Of a DNA stretch of 64,000 nucleotides, positions 49,422-59,644 are shown piece after piece. Under the pieces are notes generated by a model. The model did no database searches. It was given only the letters and a program-made list of their open reading frames with translations, and had not been told where the DNA came from. A program made the translations under genes and the position numbers. The DNA comes from Deltaproteobacteria bacterium (GTDB lineage: Bacteria; Myxococcota_A; Polyangia; JACPQR01). Location: positions 3,340 to 67,339 of the forward strand of contig JACPQR010000213.1 of the NCBI GenBank assembly GCA_016190375.1, given 5' to 3'. The stretch's first letter is position 1, and the number at the start of each line of letters is the position of its first letter.

Positions 49422-50471
49422 TCATCTCCCGAGCCTCCCGAGCGCCTTCGAGCGCTTCCTCCTGACCGCTTCTCCGAGCACCGCGTCCGCGAGGATCAGG
49501 AGGAGCGCGGGAAGAAGGAAGACTTGGTACTTCTCTTCGTAGATGGTCACCTTGCGGGCCCGGAGCTCGCGTTGCTTGAGGTGGGATAGCTCCTCGCGGA
49601 TCTGCTGCAAGCCGACCTGCCCCCTCGCGGCCCGGAGGTACTTGCCGCGGGAGACCCGGGCGATCGCCCGGAGCTGCTCCTCGTTGTCGGTCGTGAGCTG
49701 GGTCGTCACGACCGCGCCGCTGGAGTCCCGCATGTATCCGAGCCAGCTCCCGTCGTCGGCGTACTGCGGGATCGGCTCGGCTGCCCCGGACCCGATTCCC
49801 AGGACGTAGGTTCGGATCCCCGCCTCTGCTGCCTCCTGCGCGGCAGCTACGGGGTTGCCCTCGTGGTCCTCCCCATCCGTCATCAGGACGATCACGCGAG
49901 TACGGCGGGCCGAGGTCCTGTCGTTCTCGAACAGCCGGACGGCCGCGCGGATCGCCTGGCCGAGCGCGGTCCCGCCCACCGGCATGTCGTTCGGCACGAG
50001 ATCGCGCAAGAACAGGCCTGCCGCCTCGTAGTCGGTCGTCAGCGGGTACTGCATGGTCTCGCCCGCGAACGCGATCATGCCGACGCGATCCCCGCCGAGC
50101 TCGGAGAGCATCGTGGTGAGCTCGCGCTTGGCGAGCTCGATCCGCGACGGGTGTGCATCCCGCGCCAGCATGGACTTCGAGAAGTCGAGCGCGACGACGA
50201 TGTCGATCCCGCGTTTGCGGAGCAGCCGCGTCGAGCCGCCGTACTGTGGCCGCGCCAGGGCGACGATGGTCAGCGCCAGCCCGGCGAGCAGGAACGAAGC
50301 CTTCAGGGCCCTGAGGAATGGGCTCCTTCCGGTGATCATCTTGCGGATCAGCCGCTCGTCTCCGAATCGCCGCGCGGTGGATCGGCGCCGGAAGTACCCG
50401 GCGACGAGCCCGCTTGCGATCGCCGGGATCGCCACCAGGAACCACAGGACCTCGGGGCTCTGGAACCTCAC
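49422..50471 (-). CDS. batB: BatB-like von Willebrand factor A domain membrane protein
   Basis: N-terminal TM helices. VWA MIDAS DIVVALDFSKSM ... TALG ... LMTDGEDH. C-terminal TM. ATGA overlap with batA. Confidence 0.8.
   Translation of the reverse strand: MRFQSPEVLWFLVAIPAIASGLVAGYFRRRSTARRFGDERLIRKMITGRSPFLRALKASFLLAGLALTIVALARPQYGGSTRLLRKRGIDIVVALDFSKSMLARDAHPSRIELAKRELTTMLSELGGDRVGMIAFAGETMQYPLTTDYEAAGLFLRDLVPNDMPVGGTALGQAIRAAVRLFENDRTSARRTRVIVLMTDGEDHEGNPVAAAQEAAEAGIRTYVLGIGSGAAEPIPQYADDGSWLGYMRDSSGAVVTTQLTTDNEEQLRAIARVSRGKYLRAARGQVGLQQIREELSHLKQRELRARKVTIYEEKYQVFLLPALLLILADAVLGEAVRRKRSKALGRLGR
49431..49535. repeat. 105-bp perfect direct repeat, copy 2 (forms the actual 3' end of batB)
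   Basis: Identical to 49195-49299, period 236 bp. The ORF track shows two ORFs ending in the same ..KYQVFLLPALLLILADAVLGEAVRRKRSKALGRL peptide. Confidence 0.85.
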
Positions 50472-51565
50472 GGGAACTTCCTCCAGATCGTCAGCCGCAT
50501 GAGGATCTCCAGGAGGAGCAGCGCGAGGGCGCCGATGACGAACGGCCCGAAGACCTCCCCGTAGAGGACGCCCGCATCCGCGATCTTCGAGCGGTCGAGC
50601 TGGTTCAGGATGGCGTGAAACGACATCTGCAGGCCGCGCGTGTCGCCCACCTGGTAGAACTGCCCTCCCGTCTTGCGCGAGACCTCCCGGAGCAGCTCCG
50701 GCCTCACGGGATAGCGCTCGTCGCCGGGAACGGGGCGCCCGAAGATGTCGGTCCGCGGCGCGGGAGCGTTCTCGGGGGGCATCCCCATGAGCACCGAGTA
50801 GACCTTGATCCTCAGCGTCTTCGCGAACTCGGCGGCCTGCTCGGGCGACATGTTCCCGCTGTTGTTGTCACCGTCCGTGAGCAGGATCACGACCTTGCTC
50901 TTCGCGTTCGAGCGCCTGAGCCGGTTGATGGCGGTGCCAATCCCGTTGCCGATCGCCGTGCCCCGACCGTCGAGGACACCGAGCTGCAGCGAGGCGAACA
51001 TCCCGCGCAACGCCGAGTAGTCCAGCGTCAGCGGGCAGAGCGTGAACGCCTCGCGCCCGAACACGACGGCGCCGATGCGGTCGGTCTGCCGCCGCAGGAT
51101 GAAGTCGTCGATCACCGCCTTGGCCGCGACCAGTCTGTTTGGCTGCAGGTCCGTGGCCCGCATCGAGTTCGAGAGGTCGAGCACGAGCACGATGTCGATC
51201 CCCTCGAGCTCCGCCTCCTCCTTGCCGCTGACCGTCTGGGGCCGGGCCAGGGCGACGGCGACGAGCGCGAGCGCGAGGGAGCGCACGACGTGCGGAAGCG
51301 CCCAGAGCCGCGCCAGCGCTCCCGCCGGGAGGACGGTGAGGTCCATACCGCGCGAGAAGCGGATCCGCGGCGTCCGTCGCCACTCGAGGAAGAGCCCCGT
51401 GAACAGCGCGAACGGCGCCGCCACGAGGAGAAGGAGGGCCGCCGGCCGCTCGAACCTGAGGCCCGCCGCCTGCGCCTCCAGCCAGAGCAGCCAGCCCGCG
51501 GGCACCGAGACCGCGATCGTGACGAGGATCGTGACTGCGATCCGCGCCGGGCTCCACCTCCTCAT
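50468..51565 (-). CDS. batA: BatA-like von Willebrand factor A domain membrane protein
   Basis: IVLVLDLSNSM..TAIGNG..LLTDGDNN MIDAS motifs, TM helices at both ends. Start at M166 of the ORF, ATGA overlap with the upstream gene. Confidence 0.8.
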   Translation of the reverse strand: MRRWSPARIAVTILVTIAVSVPAGWLLWLEAQAAGLRFERPAALLLLVAAPFALFTGLFLEWRRTPRIRFSRGMDLTVLPAGALARLWALPHVVRSLALALVAVALARPQTVSGKEEAELEGIDIVLVLDLSNSMRATDLQPNRLVAAKAVIDDFILRRQTDRIGAVVFGREAFTLCPLTLDYSALRGMFASLQLGVLDGRGTAIGNGIGTAINRLRRSNAKSKVVILLTDGDNNSGNMSPEQAAEFAKTLRIKVYSVLMGMPPENAPAPRTDIFGRPVPGDERYPVRPELLREVSRKTGGQFYQVGDTRGLQMSFHAILNQLDRSKIADAGVLYGEVFGPFVIGALALLLLEILMRLTIWRKFP

Positions 51566-52518
51566 GGCCGCGCCTCGGCTCCGACTGCTGCGGGCGTCGA
51601 GATGACGGCCGCGCGAGTTCGCTGAACCACGTCGACAGCCGCCTGACAGAGCGCGCTGGCCTGCTCGGGCGTGGCGGCCTGGCGTGCGAACTTGACGAGA
51701 TCGCACTCGGCGAAGAAGCCCAGGAGCTGCGGGTACGAGACCCCGGACGGAACGCGGTCCCTGAAGCGCGAGAGGATCTCCTCCGTCGTCATCTCGAGAC
51801 CGTCGAAGCCGTCGAGCGCTCCGAGGTACTCGCGGATCACGTCGGACACCGCGTCGTAGTGCTCCTTTGCCAGGCCCTTCTCCGCCATTCCCGACCGCTC
51901 GATCCCTCCGAGCTTCGTCAGCGCGATCTCCCAGGGAGGCAGCGGCGGCGGAGCCGGCGCGGCGACCGCCCTGAGCTTCATCCGCCGCTTCATGATCGCC
52001 CTGACGACGAGGAGCTGCAGGATCGCGAGCACCACGGCGAGGGCAGCCCACAGCGGCCACAGCCTCTCCTGCGTCACCTGGACCGGACCGTGGTTGCCCT
52101 TCGGCTCCGCGGTCTCGACACCGTCGAGCCGGCCCGCGATCGTCACGCGCGCCGGATCGGTCCTGAGAGTCTCGACCTGCCCGGAAGGGTGCACCAGACG
52201 CAGATCGATCGACGGCACTACGAGCTCGCCCATCTCGAATGCCAGGAGCTCGATGCGGACGACCTGGCGGACCCGGTCGCCGCCTCCCGGCGCGTCCGTC
52301 GTGTGGGTCCTGCGCCGCAGCACCTCGAACGGTCGCATCTTGAGCCCGCGCGGGACCGACACGCGGTCGTCGGGGTCGCGGTCGACGGCGACCTCGAGGG
52401 TGATCACGTCGCCCATGAAACCCCGGAGCGGCGACACCTTGGTGTGGAGCTGCCGCGTCTGAGCCAGCCCGCTCGCGGGAGCCAGGAGGACGAAGAGCGC
52501 GATCAGCCGATGTGACAT
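51562..52518 (-). CDS. DUF4381-like membrane protein of MoxR/Bat operons
   Basis: Signal peptide and a central TM (LWPLWAALAVVLAILQLLVV). Sits between the DUF58 and batA genes. Confidence 0.55.
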   Translation of the reverse strand: MSHRLIALFVLLAPASGLAQTRQLHTKVSPLRGFMGDVITLEVAVDRDPDDRVSVPRGLKMRPFEVLRRRTHTTDAPGGGDRVRQVVRIELLAFEMGELVVPSIDLRLVHPSGQVETLRTDPARVTIAGRLDGVETAEPKGNHGPVQVTQERLWPLWAALAVVLAILQLLVVRAIMKRRMKLRAVAAPAPPPLPPWEIALTKLGGIERSGMAEKGLAKEHYDAVSDVIREYLGALDGFDGLEMTTEEILSRFRDRVPSGVSYPQLLGFFAECDLVKFARQAATPEQASALCQAAVDVVQRTRAAVISTPAAVGAEARP

Positions 52519-53401
52519 CAGGCGAACCTCAGCCGGCGCGCACGCTCGGCGAAGAAGTCGACCAGCGCCTTCACGTAGGGCTGGTCGGTCCGCACCGTCA
52601 CGCTGTCCATTCGCATCCGCCGGAACATCGTCTCTCGCGCCGCGCGCTGCCGGGCGACGTGGAGGCGGTAGGCCTCGCGCACCTTGCTGCTGCCCGTGTC
52701 GACCGGCAAGACGGCGCCCGTCTCGAGGTCCTCGAACCAGACGACGCCCGCCGCCGGCAGCTCCAGCTCGCGTGGATCGACGATCACGACCGGCACGACG
52801 TCGTGCCGTTGATTGGCCACGCGCAGGGCGTGCTCGTAGCCGGAGGCCACGAAATCCGAGATCAGGAACGCGATGGATCGCCGCCGGGCGATCTTCCCCA
52901 GGAACTCCAGACCGACCTCGAGATCCGTCCCGGGATGCTCGGGCTGGAAGTTCAGGATCTCGCTGATCACGCGGAGGACGTGCTTCTTGCCCTTCTTCGG
53001 AGGCACGAAGCGCTCGACGCGGTCCGACACGATGATGAGCCCCACCCTGTCGTTGTTCTTGATCGCGGAGAACGCGATGAGCGCGGCGACCTCGGCCACG
53101 AGCTCGTTCTTCGGCTGACCCACGGATCCGAACTGCTCGGAGGCAGAGACGTCCACGACGAGCATCACGGTCATCTCGCGCTCTTCGGTGAAGAGCTTGA
53201 CGTAGACTTCCTGCATCCTGGCCGAGACGTTCCAGTCGATGAACCGGACGTCGTCGCCCATCTGGTACTGGCGGACCTCGGAGAAGGCCATGCCCCGGCC
53301 CTTGAAGACCGACTGGTACTGCCCGGCGATCTGGTCGTTCGCCATCCGAGACGTGTAGATCTCGATCTGCCGGACCTTCTTGATGAGGTCCTTGGTCAGC
53401 A

Positions 53402-53402
<1 letters not shown>
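52518..53402 (-). CDS. DUF58 domain protein (MoxR-associated, VWA-like)
   Basis: GQYQSVFKGRGMAFSEVRQYQMGDDVRFIDWNVSAR..VMLVVDVSASEQFGS is typical DUF58. GTG start overlapping the moxR stop. Confidence 0.85.
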
Positions 53403-54397
<995 letters not shown>

Positions 54398-54521
54398 CCT
54401 GTGTCCTCGCGCCCTTTCCGCTGGCGCTAGCTGGCTTTCCACGACAAAGCTCCTTCGCGTATCACGGCGGTACCCTGGTTTCAACCTCACGGACTGAAAC
54501 GCTATTCCTGCGCGCCAGGTC

Positions 54522-55502
54522 GTGGGCTTCGGTCATGGCGTCCCCTGTGGAGGCGGCGCCGGGTGGTACAGTGACGAGACTGACGTGAAATCCTCTGACG
54601 TCCGCCCCTCCCCCTTGGTTTCGATCCCGACGATCCGGTTCGGTACGCCCCGAAAGCTCCCCAAGGCCGAGACGCTGCCCGGAAGGGTCGCCGTCCTGGA
54701 CATCGCGTTTGCCGCCGACCAGATGGGGTCCCCCTGGGAGAAGGTCACGGGAGCGTTTCTTGCGGGGCTGGGCGACCGCCTGGCCGTCTGGGTGGACCAC
54801 CACGACCACGAGAAACACGCGGATTTTCGCGGCGATCCCCGTTTCGTCCTCGCATCCAAGGCCCAGCACGGGGGCTGCCCCGAGATGATCACGCCCGAGC
54901 TGATCGGGCGCGTGGGCCCGGTCGACACGATCCTCTGCCATCTCGACCTCGACGGTCTGTACGCTGCCGCGAAGTGGTGCCTCGGGGGCCGGGAGCCCTA
55001 CGCCGGCGCAGACGACGATGCCCGGGCGGTCGACACGCGCATGGGTCGACCCGGGCCGGAGGCCGAGCGCATCGATCGCGCCATCCGGGGTAGACCTTCC
55101 GATGACGGCCTTCGCCTCGCCGTCGTTCGCTACCTCGTGACGGGCCTGCACGATGCGAACTTGCGGGCGCAGATGAACCTCGCGGCCGAGCAGCTCACCG
55201 GGATCGAGGAGGCCACCCGACACCTCGCGGAGGCGTACCGAATCGAGGGCAAGGTCGCCATCGTCGAGCTGCGCCCGAATCCGCCCCGCTACGACAAGAC
55301 GCTGCTCTTGCTCCTCGGCCAACAGCTCGCGCCCGTCTCGATCGTACGCGATCGTGGGAACATCACCGTGGCCGCCGCCTTCGACTCGGGCTACGACTTC
55401 GTCGACCTGCTCGGCATCGAGGGAGGCATGCCGACCCGCATCTCGGTCCCCGACAAACGCCTGCCCGAGATCCTGCGCGCGATCAACCGGCCCTCGCCAT
55501 GA
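54522..55502 (+). CDS. hypothetical protein (possible DHH-like phosphoesterase; WVDHHDHEKH motif)
   Basis: 326-aa ORF diverging from moxR. VAVLDIAFAADQ..LAVWVDHHDHE resembles DHH motifs I-III but is unverified. Start uncertain. Confidence 0.4.
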   Translation: MGFGHGVPCGGGAGWYSDETDVKSSDVRPSPLVSIPTIRFGTPRKLPKAETLPGRVAVLDIAFAADQMGSPWEKVTGAFLAGLGDRLAVWVDHHDHEKHADFRGDPRFVLASKAQHGGCPEMITPELIGRVGPVDTILCHLDLDGLYAAAKWCLGGREPYAGADDDARAVDTRMGRPGPEAERIDRAIRGRPSDDGLRLAVVRYLVTGLHDANLRAQMNLAAEQLTGIEEATRHLAEAYRIEGKVAIVELRPNPPRYDKTLLLLLGQQLAPVSIVRDRGNITVAAAFDSGYDFVDLLGIEGGMPTRISVPDKRLPEILRAINRPSP

Positions 55503-55762
55503 ACTTGGACGTCCTGGCCGCGCAGCTCGCCCAGCTCCTGACCACGAGCGACAAGGGCGAGCTCGAGGAGATCGTACGCCGCTGGCGGCAGACCGCCGCC
55601 TCGCCCGGGCAGCGAGAGCTGATGGAGAAGATGGGCGACCAGGTCCTCGCGCTCAAGAGCGCCTTCGACCTCGCCTCCGAGCCGCCGAGCCGCGAGGAGC
55701 TGGAGGTCGCCCTGGGAATGATGCTGAGGCTCGCCGCGAGCGGCGGCGACGCGGTCCGCTGA
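55499..55762 (+). CDS. small acidic hypothetical protein, translationally coupled (ATGA) to upstream gene
   Basis: 87 aa, helical, E/L/K-containing composition. Confidence 0.45.
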   Translation: MNLDVLAAQLAQLLTTSDKGELEEIVRRWRQTAASPGQRELMEKMGDQVLALKSAFDLASEPPSREELEVALGMMLRLAASGGDAVR

Positions 55763-55847
55763 CCTCGAAGACCGCCGGCGCTTGCCTGTGGCGGATGCCG
55801 GGGCAAGCTGCCAGTATCGGCAGGCTGAGGAGGCCCGAAGCCCGGCG

Positions 55848-57815
55848 ATGCGCGAAGACAGGCTCACGTTCCGACCCAGGATCCTCTACCTGACCGAAGA
55901 TCCCGCGCTCTTGCGCAGGCAGCTCGACGGCGAGCAGCTCCCCTGGGACCCCGATCTTCCGCTCCTCGACTCCATCTCGACCGACGAGCTGACTCCCGGC
56001 TGGGTCTGTTACTACTACGACGAGAAGCTCGGGGAGTACTGCCTCGTCGGCCTTCGCGGCGGCGTCGTTCGCAGGCACGACATCGCCAGGGCCCGGCCCG
56101 ACGTCATCGTCTCGGGCAGGTCGAAGGGGTGCGGATCTTCGCGCGAGACCGCGCCTTTCGCCGAGAAGTGCGCCGGCGTGCGTCTGGTGATCGCTCGATC
56201 GATCGAGAAGATCTACGGCCAGAACTGCCACAACATCGGTCTACTGACGTCGACCGACATGGGCCTCGTCGGGCGAATCGAGCGGGGCGAGCCGATAGCG
56301 ATCGAGGAGTTCACCCGCGATCTCGACCCGATCAGCGCCGACATCGTGCGGTACGGCGGACTGTTCGAGTACTCGAAAGCGCGCCTCGAGGGCCGCGCCA
56401 GCGCGCCGCCCATCCAGACGCCGGCCCGACCGATGAACGTGGTCGAGAAGATCCTCGCCCGTCACGCGGTCACCGATCTGCAGAACGACGCCCGCGGCCT
56501 GCCGGCAGTTCGGCCCGGAGACGCTCTGTTCGCTCGCGCCGACGTTCGCTTCAGCCACGAGTACGTGACGCCGATGGCAGAGGCGCTCTTTCGCCAGGCC
56601 TTCGGTCCCGACGCGCGCGTGGCCGAGCCGTCGAGCGTCTTCACGTTCCGCGACCACCTCACGTTCCTCGAGAAGGTGATGTCGGAGGAGCACAGGCAGA
56701 TGGGCCTGCTCGAGGCGGCGAAGGGCCTCGCCGACACGCAGGAGGAGTTCGCGAGGACGCAGGGCCTGAAGCTCTACGGCGAGGCCGCCGCCGGCGGCTC
56801 GGAGGCGATCTGCCACAACGCCGTCATCGAGGACCTCGCGGAGCCGGGCCAGGTGGTGGCCGGCACCGACTCGCACACCTGCATGGCGGGCGTCCTCGGC
56901 TGCTTCGCGTTCGGCGTCGGATCGACCGACATGGCCAACGCCTGGTTCACACGGGACGTCAGGGTCCGGGTGCCCGAGACGGTTCGGTTCGCGCTCCATG
57001 GACGGCTGGGCGACGACGTCTGCGCCAAGGACGTGATCCTGCACATCCTGTCACGACCGTTCTTCAAGGAGGGCAAGGGAATCGGCAAGGTCCTGGAGAT
57101 CGGCGGCGAGGCAATCCGCGCGATGCCGCTCGACGAGCGCGCGACGCTCACCAACATGGCGGTCGAGGCCGGCGGCTTCACGGGCATCGTGGTGGCCGAC
57201 GACCTCGTGGTCGAGCAGCTCGTCCGCTCACGGGGCCTCGATCCGGTGCGCCTGCGCTCGCAGATCGTCCGACCGGATCCCGACGCCGAGTACTTCGCGA
57301 CCTTCGAGATCGACCTGGGCCGGATCGTGCCGATGGTCGCGCTTCCCGGCGATCCGCGAAACGGCGTCCCGCTCTCCGAGCTCGGCGGCGACGTCGCCAT
57401 CGACATCGCGTACGGCGGCTCTTGCACCGGCGGCAAGATGGCCGACATGGACATGTACTCGCGTGTCTTCGCCAGGGCGCTCCAGAAGGGTCTGAAGGTC
57501 CCGCCATCGGTGCAGTGCATCGTCCAGTTCGGTTCGCAGAAGATCCGCCGCTACGCGGAGTCGAAGGGCTACGTCGAGATCTTCGAGGGCGTGGGCGCGC
57601 AGGTCATCGACCCGTCGTGCGGCGCCTGCATCAAGGCGGGCCCCGGGGCCTCCTCGCGAGCCGAGCAGATCACGGTGAGCGCGCAGAACCGCAACTTCCC
57701 CGGGAGGAGCGGCCCCGGCCGGGTCTTCCTGGCGAGCCCCCTCGTCGTCGCCGCGAGCGCCATCGCCGGCCGCATCGTCTCTCCCGAGACCTTGCTGGGC
57801 CGGGCCGGACCTTGA
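55848..57815 (+). CDS. aconitase-family hydro-lyase with swivel (LeuD-like) domain N-terminal to catalytic (LeuC-like) domains
   Basis: N-terminal GVRLVIARSIEKIYGQNCHNIGLL (swivel domain). Then MNVVEKILARHAV, GTDSHT, and Cys ligands in SCGACIKAG/GGSCTGG. Confidence 0.75.
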   Translation: MREDRLTFRPRILYLTEDPALLRRQLDGEQLPWDPDLPLLDSISTDELTPGWVCYYYDEKLGEYCLVGLRGGVVRRHDIARARPDVIVSGRSKGCGSSRETAPFAEKCAGVRLVIARSIEKIYGQNCHNIGLLTSTDMGLVGRIERGEPIAIEEFTRDLDPISADIVRYGGLFEYSKARLEGRASAPPIQTPARPMNVVEKILARHAVTDLQNDARGLPAVRPGDALFARADVRFSHEYVTPMAEALFRQAFGPDARVAEPSSVFTFRDHLTFLEKVMSEEHRQMGLLEAAKGLADTQEEFARTQGLKLYGEAAAGGSEAICHNAVIEDLAEPGQVVAGTDSHTCMAGVLGCFAFGVGSTDMANAWFTRDVRVRVPETVRFALHGRLGDDVCAKDVILHILSRPFFKEGKGIGKVLEIGGEAIRAMPLDERATLTNMAVEAGGFTGIVVADDLVVEQLVRSRGLDPVRLRSQIVRPDPDAEYFATFEIDLGRIVPMVALPGDPRNGVPLSELGGDVAIDIAYGGSCTGGKMADMDMYSRVFARALQKGLKVPPSVQCIVQFGSQKIRRYAESKGYVEIFEGVGAQVIDPSCGACIKAGPGASSRAEQITVSAQNRNFPGRSGPGRVFLASPLVVAASAIAGRIVSPETLLGRAGP

Positions 57816-57898
57816 CACCTTCGAGCCCGCTGCCTATTGTGCGCCGCGTTTCATCGGCCTTTTTCGCTCCCGCAGTCTGAAGCAAGGGGATCCCCACC

Positions 57899-58069
57899 AT
57901 GGAGTGGCAGTTCGACAAGCGTGTGCTAGACCGCAACGTTCAGAAGGGCGTCGTCAGCGCCAAGGACGTCGAGAAGAGGCTCAAGGGCCTTCCCGACCTG
58001 CAGGACCAGATCCTGGTCGAGACCGAAGAGGAAAGGGCATCGGAGCAGGGCGCGCCAGAGAAGGAGTAG
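57899..58069 (+). CDS. unlisted 56-aa ORF MEWQFDKRVLDRNVQKGVVSAKDVEKRLKGLPDLQDQILVETEEERASEQGAPEKE (below ORF-track size cutoff)
   Basis: AAGGGGA lies 8 nt upstream of the ATG. K/E/Q/D/V-rich composition, atypical for GC-rich noise. Stop is 8 nt before the DUF1844 start. Confidence 0.45.
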   Translation: MEWQFDKRVLDRNVQKGVVSAKDVEKRLKGLPDLQDQILVETEEERASEQGAPEKE

Positions 58070-58077
58070 CCGCGGCG

Positions 58078-58482
58078 ATGGCAGTCGAGGACAAGGGCTA
58101 CAAGGTCACCGATCGGAGGGCGTTCACGCCGGACGGTGAGCTGCGTGAGGAGACGGCCGAGCCCGCTCCCGGGCCCGTGGCCGAGCCGCCCGAGGAGAGG
58201 CCCGAGGCCGAGCCGACCGGCCCCCACGGACCGTTGCCGGAGATCGACTTCGCCACGTTCCTTTTGTCGCTCGCGTCGAGCGCGATGTTCCAGATGGGCG
58301 CGGCTTCGGTCGAAGGGCAGCCCGCGGAGGTCGATCTGCCCCTGGCGCGGCAGACCATCGACATCCTCGGGATGCTCCAGCAGAAGACGAAGGGAAATTT
58401 GACCGGCGAGGAGGAACGACTCCTCGACCACGTCCTGTACGACCTCAGGATCCAGTTCGTCGCGGCCACGAAGCGGAAGTAG
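58078..58482 (+). CDS. DUF1844 domain protein
   Basis: IDFATFLLSLASSAMFQMG...LPLARQTIDILGMLQQKTKGNLTGEEERLLDHVLYDLRIQFV conserved core. Start at M59 of the ORF. Confidence 0.65.
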   Translation: MAVEDKGYKVTDRRAFTPDGELREETAEPAPGPVAEPPEERPEAEPTGPHGPLPEIDFATFLLSLASSAMFQMGAASVEGQPAEVDLPLARQTIDILGMLQQKTKGNLTGEEERLLDHVLYDLRIQFVAATKRK

Positions 58483-58486
58483 GCGC

Positions 58487-59620
58487 ATGGCCCGCCCGCC
58501 GCGCTCAGTCGCCATGCTCGCGCTGCTGTGCTCGAGCTGCCCGTCGACGAGGGCGCCGACCATCGTGGAGCAGCCGGCCGCGCAACCCGAGCCCGCGGTC
58601 GCCCCGTCGGGGACGACCGGGCCGAGCGCACCCCCGCTGGTCGCTCCCATGGTTCCGACGTCGTTCGTCGACCTCGTCCAGCACGTCAAGGGCGCGGTGG
58701 TGAACGTCTTCGCCGCTCAGGTGGTGCGCGGCGGCTTGCCGAACCCGTTCGGCGGACCGTGGGGAGCCGTCCCCGATCGGATCCAGCGGAGCCTGGGAAC
58801 CGGCTTCGTGATCGACTCGGAGGGCTACGTCATCACGAACAACCACGTCATCGAGCACGCATCCGACATCCGGGTCCAGACCTCGTCGAACGAGGAGGTC
58901 TCGGCGTCCGTCGTGGGGCTCGACGACCGCACGGACGTGGCGCTCTTGAGGATCAGCGCGCGAAACCTCGTCGCGCCGCCGCTCGGTGACTCGGACGCCC
59001 TGCAGGTCGGGGAGTGGGTCGTCGCGATAGGGAACCCATTCGGGTTGTCCCAGACCGTGACCGCGGGCATCGTGAGCGCCAAGGGTCGCACGGGCCGCGA
59101 CGTGCCGATCGACCCCGCGGGCTACTACAACTTCATCCAGACCGACGCATCGATCAACCCCGGCAACTCGGGCGGGCCGCTCTTCAACATGCGGGGCGAG
59201 ATCGTCGGCATCAACACCGCCATCAACGCGGCCGGTCAGGGGATCGGGTTCGCGATACCCATCAACATGGTCAAGCAGATCCTCCCCCAGCTCCGCACGA
59301 GCGGTCGCGTGACGCGAAGCTGGCTCGGGATCAGTATCCAGAGCGTCACTCGCGACGCAGCGACCCAGCTCGGCCTGCCGGAGCCGAAGGGGGCTCTGGT
59401 CGTGGAGGTCTTCCCGGGCGGGCCGGCCGCCTCGGCGGGACTGCGGTCCGGCGACGTGATCCTCGAGTTCGACGGCCAGGCGATACGCGACTCCTCCGAG
59501 CTGCCGTGGCTCGCGTCGACCGCGGGTGTCGGTCACATCGCCCGGCTCGACGTCTTCCGCGGCGGGTCGCAGCGCCAGATCCAGCTCCGGCTCGTCGAGA
59601 TGCCCCCCCAGCGCAGGTGA
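58487..59620 (+). CDS. HtrA/DegP family serine endoprotease (trypsin-like + PDZ), lipoprotein signal
   Basis: Catalytic His (ITNNHVIEHA), Asp (DVALLRI), Ser (GNSGGPLFN). PDZ ALVVEVFPGGPAASAGLRSGDVILEFDGQ. Confidence 0.9.
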   Translation: MARPPRSVAMLALLCSSCPSTRAPTIVEQPAAQPEPAVAPSGTTGPSAPPLVAPMVPTSFVDLVQHVKGAVVNVFAAQVVRGGLPNPFGGPWGAVPDRIQRSLGTGFVIDSEGYVITNNHVIEHASDIRVQTSSNEEVSASVVGLDDRTDVALLRISARNLVAPPLGDSDALQVGEWVVAIGNPFGLSQTVTAGIVSAKGRTGRDVPIDPAGYYNFIQTDASINPGNSGGPLFNMRGEIVGINTAINAAGQGIGFAIPINMVKQILPQLRTSGRVTRSWLGISIQSVTRDAATQLGLPEPKGALVVEVFPGGPAASAGLRSGDVILEFDGQAIRDSSELPWLASTAGVGHIARLDVFRGGSQRQIQLRLVEMPPQRR

Positions 59621-59644
59621 GCCCGAACGCCCGAGCGACATCCA

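Noticed and set aside
49186-50445. 419-aa minus ORF apparently ending with the BatB C-terminus
   Set aside because: Frame artefact created by the 105-bp direct repeat. Only its last ~35 codons (repeat copy 1) are BatB-like. Treated as a duplication remnant, not a gene.
57816-57898. possible rho-independent terminator after the aconitase-family gene (ggcctttttcgc)
   Set aside because: The T-tract is present, but no convincing GC-rich stem precedes it.
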